From: a virus
DNA length: 64,000 nucleotides
Direction: 5' to 3' (one strand)
Virus record (IMG/VR): IMGVR_UViG_3300027028_000045
Coordinates: 2,307-66,306 of that record
A model generated the notes under the pieces. That model was not told the DNA's origin, made no database searches, and worked only from the letters and a program-made list of their open reading frames with translations. Of this stretch, positions 55,940-64,000 are shown in pieces. Both the position numbers and the translations under genes were made by a program. Every line of letters begins with the position of its first letter. Positions within the stretch are counted from its first letter, which is position 1.

Positions 55940-58495
55940 ATGGCTAACGTATTTTTAAAGCGGTTTGCATCAGCATTCGACCGAAACGCTAGGAACAACA
56001 TGAATGATAACTTCGGTAGTATCGAGAAGGGATTTGCGCAAACGACTTCCGAGTTGAATGCACATAAGAGCGCACCTACTGCGCATACCTCAGCACAAAT
56101 TAAACACGGATTATTCAACGTGAGTAACCGACTAGACAACTTACATGCACGCTTTGCGAATCTTGTTGTCAACCATGATGGTGAGGATGTAAAAGAGGTT
56201 GTAGATATTCGAGTTGCGATGGATGCATCGACCCATAAAACGGCCAAAGATCGGCTAGACTACGAGTTTGCTCTTATTGACAAACGCTTCAAGCGCGAAG
56301 TTCATGTGGACGATTTTGGGGCAGTTGCGGACGGTAAAACGGATTCAACGGAGGCCTTTAAAAAGGCTATCGGTAGTGGAAACGTTATGGTCAAGGCGTC
56401 CGCGGGTACTTATGTCGTTCGAGGCATCAGGCTGCCTTCAAATACGGCGCTTATCGGTCAAGGTAAGGATATCACTATCTTTAAATTACACAACGATGCT
56501 TCAGCAAGTACTATTTTGCTAACTAACGCGGACCACAGCGCAGGTAACCGAAACATATATGTCGAGGGGTTTACGCTTGATTGGAACCGCAGTCGTCAGG
56601 GCGGGCTAAAGGCTACGGGCGGAATTGCGTCAAGCACACTGACATACGCAAAAGTCACGCTCGGTTGGATTCAAAATGTAAAGGCAATTAATCCCGGCTT
56701 ACACGGATTCGACATTACCGCACCATCTTACAATATAACTGGATCGGACTATACCCGTAATGGAAGTCGATTCGTATGGATTGATAATTGCGAGGCATCA
56801 GGATATGGAGATGACGGAGTAACTACGCATTACAGCGAATACGTGTTTATCGATCGTTGTCATTGCACGAACCCAAGCGGAGAAGCTCACGCCCAAGGAT
56901 CGTCTAACTCAAATGGGATTGAGATCGATGACGGCTCCCGTAACGTTTGGGTAAACGGATGCTATACTTCGGGGAATGTTCGAGGAGTAGAAGTGAAAGC
57001 GCACGCAAGTTGGCCGGCGGCTCAAAACGTCCATATTTCTAAGCACGTATCGTATCGAGATGTTCGGAGTTATGATGCGAGACATATCGGCCATCACAGA
57101 GCAACCGACCCGCAAAGTACAACAGCGCGCGACGTGTCATTTACTGACTGTACGTCAATTGAACCGATATATAGCGATATGTATAAAGGGCTTGCGCCTA
57201 GAGCGTTAATTATTTCTGCATATCATCGGGTGAAAGTGACGAATTTTACAGCCATAGGAGATCCGTCCTACGATTATAAGAGAACACCTATAGTTGCGAC
57301 ACAATTTAAATCCCGAAACATTATCATTAATGGGTTATCGATGACAGGTTTTAAGACAGCCTCGCACGATGTTCGGGTGTTCGGGGGTGCCCAAAGATCG
57401 GATGATGTATCCATTTCTAACTTTGTTATCGAAAATTCCGCAGACATCGGAATCGGAGTCGGCGGGAAGGTTTACGGGGTAAAGATTTCTAACGGCATTT
57501 TGAACGGAAATGGCGGAAGTATTGGCGTGTATTCACCTAACACACAGACGGTCATTGTCGGTGTTTCTGCGACTGGATATCAAAACGCAGCCGATCTCGC
57601 AAAGAGGACATTTTCTCAAGTACCAACAAGACTAAAGGGCGGTTTGGTGGCCGGTTCAACGTCGGGGGCGGCTAGGAGCACGTCAAGTGCTGTATTAGGT
57701 ACAACGGGTTCTTGTGAAGCTCACGGGCCGGCAAACGTTATATTGGGTTCGCGCGAAGGATCGAGCACAGACGGATCGCGCCAAGCTGTAATTGCTTCTA
57801 ATAACAGTCACACAAAAGGCGACGGATTTTCTCGTGTTGTTATAGCATCGCAGGGAGTAACGTCGGTTCAAAACTATTCTGTTTCGGGCGGATACAACGA
57901 TACTAAATGGCAAATCTCATCGATGTCAGGTGATATCACTAGCGCCGGCCAAGTTCGGGGAGGCTCGTCATTATCCGACTATGCGGAGTATTTTGAGAGC
58001 GCCACGGGTGAATCCATACCCGTAGGAACGGTCGTGACTCTCGATGGTTCTAAGATAGTGCCAGCGCAACAGGACGATTACTTATTAGGTGTCGTATCAT
58101 CTACGGCGGGTATTGTTCTTGGCGAATCATCATTCGATTGGCAGGGGCGTTATTTACGCGATCGATTCGGCGGAGTCATTACGCAAAAAACAAACGTTAT
58201 TCACGTTGAATCTGACGGAAAAAAGAGCGTTGAAATTATTGATCTTCCGGTTGAAAATCCGGACTACCAAGAAGACGTTGGGTATTTGCCGCGGTCAATT
58301 CGGCCGGAGTGGCATGTTGTTGGTTTAGTCGGCCAAGTTAGCGTCAGGATTGACGAGACTGTCCGCGCCGGTGATTTTGTAACGGCTGTCAACGGCGTAG
58401 CAACAAAAGGCGCGTCTAATTGGCGTGTAATGGATATCGAAACGCCGTATGACGAAGCAGAGGGCTACGGCGTCGCGAAAATATTTATTCGATAA
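55940..58495 (+). CDS. tail spike / pre-neck-appendage-like protein (beta-helix plus peptidase G2 chaperone)
   Basis: VDDFGAVADGKTDST.AF, beta-helix repeats, DYAEYFE, W..VGLVGQ. Confidence 0.88.
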   Translation: MANVFLKRFASAFDRNARNNMNDNFGSIEKGFAQTTSELNAHKSAPTAHTSAQIKHGLFNVSNRLDNLHARFANLVVNHDGEDVKEVVDIRVAMDASTHKTAKDRLDYEFALIDKRFKREVHVDDFGAVADGKTDSTEAFKKAIGSGNVMVKASAGTYVVRGIRLPSNTALIGQGKDITIFKLHNDASASTILLTNADHSAGNRNIYVEGFTLDWNRSRQGGLKATGGIASSTLTYAKVTLGWIQNVKAINPGLHGFDITAPSYNITGSDYTRNGSRFVWIDNCEASGYGDDGVTTHYSEYVFIDRCHCTNPSGEAHAQGSSNSNGIEIDDGSRNVWVNGCYTSGNVRGVEVKAHASWPAAQNVHISKHVSYRDVRSYDARHIGHHRATDPQSTTARDVSFTDCTSIEPIYSDMYKGLAPRALIISAYHRVKVTNFTAIGDPSYDYKRTPIVATQFKSRNIIINGLSMTGFKTASHDVRVFGGAQRSDDVSISNFVIENSADIGIGVGGKVYGVKISNGILNGNGGSIGVYSPNTQTVIVGVSATGYQNAADLAKRTFSQVPTRLKGGLVAGSTSGAARSTSSAVLGTTGSCEAHGPANVILGSREGSSTDGSRQAVIASNNSHTKGDGFSRVVIASQGVTSVQNYSVSGGYNDTKWQISSMSGDITSAGQVRGGSSLSDYAEYFESATGESIPVGTVVTLDGSKIVPAQQDDYLLGVVSSTAGIVLGESSFDWQGRYLRDRFGGVITQKTNVIHVESDGKKSVEIIDLPVENPDYQEDVGYLPRSIRPEWHVVGLVGQVSVRIDETVRAGDFVTAVNGVATKGASNWRVMDIETPYDEAEGYGVAKIFIR

Positions 58496-58508
58496 AGGGG
58501 AGATGTGT

Positions 58509-60077
58509 ATGTTAGCAAAAGATGGCGCTTTGTCTTTCGACGTCAATGCGCAAACAAAGCGGCCTATCAATGCCGCCATACAATTCAGCACGCAAGATAT
58601 AAAAACGGCGCGTCTATCCTTTAAGCTCACGAAAGATGGCGTTCCTTTACCGTTATCGGCGGTCGTAGGTAAATTAGTCCTTTCGATGGCGGATGGAAGC
58701 CGTTTTATACGAGCAATCACACTAGTAAATAAGCCCGAAGGACTTGCCGAATATGTTTTGTCTGCGGACGAGATCCGTCATTATGGAAACGTAAAAGCCG
58801 AATTGATCCTTTATTACACGAACGGCCAAGCGCTATCCATTCATAAATTCGGCTTCAGCATCGAGCAGTCACTTATCGATCAAAATATCGTACCCGTTGC
58901 GGAATATTACATCGATGACTTTGAAACGCTGCGTGGTCAAATTAACGATCTTTATGACGACGTAGTAGCAACCGTTGCGGAAATTGAAGCAAAATTCGAA
59001 GACTTGGACAACGTTGAAACGAAGGTTGGAGCGCAAGAAAAAGTAGATGCTCACGCAAATAATTCGGATGTCCATGTCACTGCGAAGAAGAAAGCGGAAT
59101 GGGACGCCAAAGAGACGACAGCGGGGGCGCAGCAAAAAGCGGACGCCGCGCTACAGAAAGCGAAAGATTATGTCGCCGGCTTCCAGCAGAAAAAAATCAC
59201 GGCTGATACGGGAATGCCCCTAATTTCGATTAGAGATACGTCAATAAGTATTTTAGAATCCGTCATCGACGGCGGCTTGGGTCAGGGAACATTCTACGCA
59301 ATCGCAGGATCTCGGGATATGCCGAATCATCGTTCTTGCCGAGGTTTCTATCACATGACGGATACTACGAATGGCAAAGCAAGTTTCGGGTGGATTTATG
59401 CGACTGATTTCGCAAACAACATTTATACGAATTATCTTAATAATAACGTATGGAGTGGTTGGGCAAGGTTGTCTAATCCGACTATGTTGTCTGAAACTGG
59501 ACAAAGTCAACTGCTGCCGAATGGTACGGATATTTTAACGTTACCATCCGGTTATTACTACGCCGTTGGAACGAACGTGCTCAACATGCCGAGTAAAAAC
59601 GATTCATCGTGGTTCAATATTTACGTTATTGACAATAGCAACAACCGTAAAACTTTTCACGTTATACGTAGTGCTGATAACCTTCATTGGTGGGGAACGG
59701 TTCATACTGACGGATCATTCAGAGGGTGGAAACGGATGATGACGGATGATGAACTAAGTAGTACGTGGAACCAAGTTACATTAGTCACGGGAGTAACAAA
59801 GCACTTTGCGGGAAATCCTCTTCTATTCTCAATTCGTCAAAATACGCTTCACTTACGAGGGTCTTTCGAGGGAATACCGGCAAACGATGCTGTAATTGCA
59901 CGGTTCGCTCAAAAACCGTCGGGGATAACCGTTTTTGGAGGCACCACAGTTGGCTCATACGGAGCAGCACGGCTGTCATTTGCGGAAGACGGATCGTTGA
60001 AATTTGACGGGCTAAACGCGAATGACAACACCAAAGTCACGAGGATTGAAATTAACGAATCGATTCCGTTGTGGTAA
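58509..60077 (+). CDS. BppU-family baseplate protein / tail fibre
   Basis: N-terminal BppU-like (QFSTQDIKTARLSFKL...YYIDDFE); C-terminal fibre repeats (LPSGYYY, WSGW, FRGW). Confidence 0.8.
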   Translation: MLAKDGALSFDVNAQTKRPINAAIQFSTQDIKTARLSFKLTKDGVPLPLSAVVGKLVLSMADGSRFIRAITLVNKPEGLAEYVLSADEIRHYGNVKAELILYYTNGQALSIHKFGFSIEQSLIDQNIVPVAEYYIDDFETLRGQINDLYDDVVATVAEIEAKFEDLDNVETKVGAQEKVDAHANNSDVHVTAKKKAEWDAKETTAGAQQKADAALQKAKDYVAGFQQKKITADTGMPLISIRDTSISILESVIDGGLGQGTFYAIAGSRDMPNHRSCRGFYHMTDTTNGKASFGWIYATDFANNIYTNYLNNNVWSGWARLSNPTMLSETGQSQLLPNGTDILTLPSGYYYAVGTNVLNMPSKNDSSWFNIYVIDNSNNRKTFHVIRSADNLHWWGTVHTDGSFRGWKRMMTDDELSSTWNQVTLVTGVTKHFAGNPLLFSIRQNTLHLRGSFEGIPANDAVIARFAQKPSGITVFGGTTVGSYGAARLSFAEDGSLKFDGLNANDNTKVTRIEINESIPLW

Positions 60078-60091
60078 AGGAGTGAATATGT

Positions 60092-60361
60092 ATGCAAATT
60101 TTCTACTATGACGAAGATTTTATATACCTGTGTGAAGATATTATCAGCGAGTACGACGAGATCCCGGAAAACGCTACGGATGTACGGCCTAGAGATGGTC
60201 TGTATATTGCAACGTTTGATCCGGAAAAAGAAGAGTGGTTTGAAGCTGCGACACAGGAATATATCGACAGCCTTCAACCGAAGCCTCAACCGTCAAAAAC
60301 GGAGATCATGGAGCAACAGATCGCTGACCTTTACTATCTTATCGCGTTAGGAGGTATGTAG
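60092..60361 (+). CDS. tail fibre-associated protein (XkdW-like position)
   Basis: FYYDEDF...P.DGLY...FD.EKEEW. Confidence 0.6.
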   Translation: MQIFYYDEDFIYLCEDIISEYDEIPENATDVRPRDGLYIATFDPEKEEWFEAATQEYIDSLQPKPQPSKTEIMEQQIADLYYLIALGGM

Positions 60362-60362
60362 A

Positions 60363-60530
60363 ATGTCGATCGATTGGTTTTCGGTAATCAAAGGCTTTTA
60401 CGATGACGGACTTTGGTCGAAGAAACGCGTCCATGACGTAGTGGCAGCCGGCAGAATCACACCGGAACAATACAAAGAAATTACGGGAGATAAATACGAA
60501 GCTGATAAGCCGCCGGCCGAAGAGTCGTAG
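60363..60530 (+). CDS. XkdX-family protein
   Basis: Hand translation DWFSVIKGFYDDGLWSKKRVHDVVAAGRITPEQYKEITG. Confidence 0.8.
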   Translation: MSIDWFSVIKGFYDDGLWSKKRVHDVVAAGRITPEQYKEITGDKYEADKPPAEES

Positions 60531-60560
60531 GCTTTTTATTTTGGAAGGAGAGACGTATGT

Positions 60561-60827
60561 ATGGCGGAGCCGAGCAATACCGAATTAAACGAAAAGATTT
60601 CGGACATTCGCGAGTGGCTCGTTCGTATCGATACTAAGGTCGACTTTTTCAACGATGTTAAAACAAAAGCAGACCAAGCGGACGAGAAAGCGGATGAAGC
60701 GTTGGCACTCGCAAAAGAAAACCGCGCAGACATTTTAGACATGCGCGCAAATACGAAGTGGGTTTGGGGCGTGATGCTTACGGTAGTGGGTTTGTTGCTA
60801 TCGCTAGGTCTCGCGCTTTTTAAATAA
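60561..60827 (+). CDS. XhlA-like lysis membrane protein
   Basis: Coiled coil then a C-terminal transmembrane segment (NTKWVWGVMLTVVGLLL). Confidence 0.75.
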   Translation: MAEPSNTELNEKISDIREWLVRIDTKVDFFNDVKTKADQADEKADEALALAKENRADILDMRANTKWVWGVMLTVVGLLLSLGLALFK

Positions 60828-60848
60828 AACGAAAAGGGAGACGATTAT

Positions 60849-61688
60849 ATGACGATTAAAGTGACGAAGGATCTTGTATCTCCGAGTAAGTACGGAATTA
60901 AATGTCCGAATGCGATGGACGCGAAATACATCACGTTCCATAACACAGCTAACGATGCGCCAGCTAAAAATGAAATCTCGTATATGAAAGGAAATACGAA
61001 TCAAGTATCTTACCACTTCGCAGTAGATGACGTAGAGGTTCGTCAGGGGATTCCAGTAAATAGAAACGCTTGGCATTGCGGAGACGGTTCCGGACCGAAT
61101 AGCGGAAACAGAACGTCAATCGGCGTTGAGGTGTGTTATTCAAAATCCGGGGGCGAGCGCTATAAAAAGGCGGAAGCATTAGCGATTAAATTCATTGCGC
61201 AGCTTCTAAAAGAACGCGGATGGGGCGTCGATCGCGTTAAGAAGCATGAAGATTGGAGCGGAAAACACTGTCCGCATCGTGTGCTCGATGAAGGTCGTTG
61301 GGGCGCAGTTAAATCGGCTATTGCGAAAGAGCTCGCAGCACTAAACGGAACCAAAGCGCCTGCAAAAACGGGCACAGCGACTAAGCCGGTGAAAGCGACT
61401 AAACCAAAAGCGCCGTCCAAAAAACTAGCGGTACCTACCGGCGTGATCCGTCAAGGTGCTCGCGGTACGGCAGTTACGCAACTTCAAAACGCATTGGCTG
61501 CCGTATATTTCTACCCGGACAAAGGGGCGAAGAATAACGGAATCGACGGCATTTACGGTCCGAAAACGGCTAACGCAGTCAAGCGATTCCAGTCGACGCA
61601 AGCCGGCATTGCAAACGACGGCATTTACGGACCTGCAACACGCGCCAAACTGGTGGCGGCATTAAAGAAAGCGGGGTATAGCGTATGA
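60849..61688 (+). CDS. endolysin, N-acetylmuramoyl-L-alanine amidase (XlyA/CwlA-like) with PG-binding domain
   Basis: ITFHNTAND, SYHFAVDD, AWHCGDG, SIGVEVC, HEDWSGKHCP; C-terminal DGIYGPKT repeats. Confidence 0.95.
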   Translation: MTIKVTKDLVSPSKYGIKCPNAMDAKYITFHNTANDAPAKNEISYMKGNTNQVSYHFAVDDVEVRQGIPVNRNAWHCGDGSGPNSGNRTSIGVEVCYSKSGGERYKKAEALAIKFIAQLLKERGWGVDRVKKHEDWSGKHCPHRVLDEGRWGAVKSAIAKELAALNGTKAPAKTGTATKPVKATKPKAPSKKLAVPTGVIRQGARGTAVTQLQNALAAVYFYPDKGAKNNGIDGIYGPKTANAVKRFQSTQAGIANDGIYGPATRAKLVAALKKAGYSV

Positions 61689-61924
61689 AGAAGAATATTA
61701 GCGCAGGAACGGTGACTCGATTTATTTTACTTGCGTTGGCTCTCGTAAATAGCGGACTGACGATGTTTGGCGTGCAGACGATTCCGGTAGACGAGGCGGC
61801 GGTGTCCGATTTTATTGCGCTTCTTTTCCTCGGCTCTACGGCGCTATTAGCGTACTGGAAAGATAACGATGTATCCAAGAAGGCGCGCGAAAGAAAAGCG
61901 TTAGATGAGGTCGGCAAGAAGTAG
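61685..61924 (+). CDS. holin (SPP1-like)
   Basis: ISAGTVTRFILLALALVNS...WKDNDVSKKAR. Confidence 0.88.
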   Translation: MKKNISAGTVTRFILLALALVNSGLTMFGVQTIPVDEAAVSDFIALLFLGSTALLAYWKDNDVSKKARERKALDEVGKK

Positions 61925-62016
61925 ACGGAACTTTCGGCGGTTGCTTACGTATAAAAACGTAGGTAGCCGTCCTACATAACAATAACGTATAATTAAAAGA
62001 AAAAGGTCGTGGTTAA

Positions 62017-62568
62017 ATGAAGCGTGTTAGACTACTTTTTTCTATAGTAATAGCCTTGCTGATAGTTGCGGGGTGTTCGTCGAATACTCAGCCGAGTAGT
62101 AAAGACGAAGAGGTCCAAGCGGAAGAAACCAACGCAAATGAAAACTTACGTGAGGACAGCGATCTGTGGGCCTATAGTTCGGAAATTAATGACGAGGATA
62201 ATATCGACGGGCTGAATATAAAAGTTGATCGAATTCTTATTTCGCCGTCAAGCGCCCATATCGCAATAAAAGGTTCGATCGAAAATATCGGCCATTCTTC
62301 CTTCGAAGCCTTTCCGGCATCCGAAACGATTAAGTTAAACACAGGTGAAGAACTCGGTCCGGAAGAATTAATCAAAGTATCGGAAGAAGGTACGCCTAAG
62401 CTGAAGAACAAAGGCGATAGGCTCGACTTCTTTTACGCATGGCCTATGTCGAATACGTCACCAAACGAAGTTACTAGCGTTAATTTATCGTGGAAAATTT
62501 ACGAAATGTCCGGTAAGGACGTTTCTGACTCGACTTCATTTGCGCGCGAATATACGTTTAACCAATAA
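62017..62568 (+). CDS. lipoprotein of unknown function
   Basis: Lipobox LIVAGC after a hydrophobic stretch; acidic beta-rich body. Confidence 0.8.
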   Translation: MKRVRLLFSIVIALLIVAGCSSNTQPSSKDEEVQAEETNANENLREDSDLWAYSSEINDEDNIDGLNIKVDRILISPSSAHIAIKGSIENIGHSSFEAFPASETIKLNTGEELGPEELIKVSEEGTPKLKNKGDRLDFFYAWPMSNTSPNEVTSVNLSWKIYEMSGKDVSDSTSFAREYTFNQ

Positions 62569-62570
62569 CG

Positions 62571-62605
62571 AAAAGCCCCGTCCCTAACCGGATGGGGCGT
62601 TTTTT
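62571..62605. terminator. bidirectional terminator
   Basis: AAAAGCCCCGTCC-CTAACC-GGATGGGGCGTTTTTT. Confidence 0.8.
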
Positions 62606-62937
62606 ACGTTTAATATGTCCGCAAACTTAACGAAATTAGTATCACCGCGATTATCCTTCACACGAAATTCCTTCCGTAGATGGTCCACGTATACAACGCG
62701 ACCACTTACTTCGCGAACAAATCCGTCATCATATAACTCGAAATCTAGCGGCAGGTCTTCGCTCAATGCCGAGGAAATAACGAACTCAAATTCGGCGACT
62801 TGTTCTTCGCTTAATACCGGTCGATCTATTTTCTGCTTCGCGAGATGTAATTGGCGCAAAGCTTCGTTGTGTTCAGGCAGAATAAACTTCATCTGCCATC
62901 TATTCTGATCCTTCCGTTCGTCCCACATCGGCGACAC
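62584..62937 (-). CDS. YolD-like protein
   Basis: WQMKFILPEH...RPVLSEEQ...YDDG....G.V..VD. Confidence 0.88.
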   Translation of the reverse strand: MSPMWDERKDQNRWQMKFILPEHNEALRQLHLAKQKIDRPVLSEEQVAEFEFVISSALSEDLPLDFELYDDGFVREVSGRVVYVDHLRKEFRVKDNRGDTNFVKFADILNVKNAPSG

Positions 62938-62955
62938 CTCCGATTAAATTATAGC

Positions 62956-62969
62956 CGAATGTGCGTTCG
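62956..62969. promoter_or_regulatory. LexA/DinR (SOS) box upstream of yolD
   Basis: CGAATGTGCGTTCG, one mismatch to CGAAC-N4-GTTCG, inside the reverse promoter TTGATG-18-TATAAT. Confidence 0.75.
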
Positions 62970-62973
62970 TTCA

Positions 62974-63177
62974 TCAATCGGAAATATCAAACAATTCATT
63001 CGCGTCAGTTAGGCCGAACTCTTTTATTACCTTTTCGAGAACATCCTTCGGGTATCTCTTCATCTTGCCGGAACACATTTCGCTTACAGTACGTGTTGAT
63101 AGGCCGGTTTTTGCAGCGAAATCCTTTTGCTGGGTGTATCCGTGCTTTTGTAGCAACTCGTTAATACGAAGCCTCAA
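62974..63177 (-). CDS. XRE-family HTH repressor
   Basis: LRINELLQKHGYTQQKDFAAKTGLSTRTVSEMC. Confidence 0.88.
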   Translation of the reverse strand: MRLRINELLQKHGYTQQKDFAAKTGLSTRTVSEMCSGKMKRYPKDVLEKVIKEFGLTDANELFDISD

Positions 63178-63205
63178 CGTAAGCCACCTCCGATATTCAT
63201 TACGC

Positions 63206-63276
63206 TAAGTATAATCTTTTTTAACTTATTACGCAATACGTAATTGACAATTCTGTTTTCCGTAATTATAATTACG
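63206..63276. promoter_or_regulatory. divergent sigma-A promoters with TTACG/CGTAA operator palindromes
   Basis: Forward consensus TTGACA-17-TATAAT (63244-63272); reverse TTGCGT-17-TATACT; ATTACG-CAATA-CGTAAT and CGTAATTATAATTACG. Confidence 0.8.
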
Positions 63277-63307
63277 TTAACAGTAAATTACGAAAGGCGG
63301 AATTGAT

Positions 63308-64000
63308 ATGCATTACTTAGCGGAACACCAAACGTTCTCCTCGACGCAGGCCCTAAACACGGCCGTCTACGAACATATCAAACGAAACTCATACGACCTA
63401 TCCGACACAGCGCGGACCGCACTTAAGCAAATCGCACGTTATGCGGTTAAGTTCGCAGGCGCAGCGCATCTCAAAGCGGAAACTCTAGCGGACCTGATCG
63501 GTAAATCCGTCAAGACGGCTCGCCGCGTTCTTAATCACCTAGCCGCGCTGAACATCGTCAAGAAGGTCGCAACGACCCGTAAAATCAACGGAGGCAAGGG
63601 CGCAAACATAATCGTCATCTTACCGTTAACTGCGAATGACCAGTCGACAGTGACCACTCGCCAAGCGCCGGAAAACGCCGACGTACCAACGGTTGAGACG
63701 CCGAAAATCGAAAATGAACCATCGGATTCTATTAATCTTAAAAATCAAAAGCACGTTAAAGATACGGCTACGGTTCCGGCTGAAGCGTTGAAAAACTCGT
63801 TGCCAACAGAAATCTATAACGCTATGAGTCGCTATTTTGACGCAGCAGAAATCTATAAATACTACGGCTTGTTATTGCGTGCTAAAGCCTCCGTAGATCC
63901 TGCGCTAATGATCGAGCATGATCCGGAGCCATTCGTAGATGCGTGGCACAAGACAATGCTCAAAGCGAAATTGAACGAAATTAGCCGTTTTGATGACTAC
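63308..64000 (+). CDS. winged-HTH replication-initiator-like protein, 3'-truncated by window edge
   Basis: Open to the window end; LKAETLADLIGKSVKTARRVLNHLAALNIV...GGKGANII. Confidence 0.6.
   Translation, partial: MHYLAEHQTFSSTQALNTAVYEHIKRNSYDLSDTARTALKQIARYAVKFAGAAHLKAETLADLIGKSVKTARRVLNHLAALNIVKKVATTRKINGGKGANIIVILPLTANDQSTVTTRQAPENADVPTVETPKIENEPSDSINLKNQKHVKDTATVPAEALKNSLPTEIYNAMSRYFDAAEIYKYYGLLLRAKASVDPALMIEHDPEPFVDAWHKTMLKAKLNEISRFDDY

Noticed and set aside
1-64000. CRISPR array, cas genes, reverse transcriptase/DGR, retron
   Set aside because: No regularly spaced repeat-spacer array and no YADD/RT motifs seen; the 24-bp repeat at 36989 has only two copies

Overview
The whole window is a temperate siphovirus (prophage or plasmid-like phage) of a Bacillus subtilis-group-like host; no host chromosomal genes are visible. 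Gene order: replication (DnaC-like loader, DnaB-like helicase, primase); two XRE repressors plus an arbitrium aimR-aimP module followed by an ECF-sigma-like gene; gp32-like SSB, family A DNA polymerase, exonucleases and RuvC-like resolvase; nrdIEF, dUTPase, ThyX, 3D-domain protein, dNMP kinase and an N6-MTase-like gene; an accessory region with secreted proteins, a yonT/SR6-like type I toxin-antitoxin locus, an XRE, about 1 kb of non-coding DNA, tRNA-Trp and a minimal tyrosine recombinase; head, tail and lysis genes; then a lipoprotein, a LexA-boxed yolD, an XRE and an HTH Rep-like gene truncated by the window edge. Best leads: (1) an arbitrium system with a C-terminal SAIKVGG peptide whose aimX position holds a sigma-like factor with a repeated phage-type promoter; (2) a hidden reverse-strand two-gene operon (small acidic protein plus HTH) with tandem palindromic operators between nrdE and nrdF, resembling an anti-defence/Aca cassette; (3) a dif-like 11-6-11 site in the 5' UTR of a 181-aa recombinase whose promoter shares an operator with the XRE/toxin switch, suggesting a stability regulon for an extrachromosomal prophage; (4) a predicted H-type pseudoknot ahead of the SSB gene. 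All functional calls come from motif recognition by eye; no database searches or folding programs were run.
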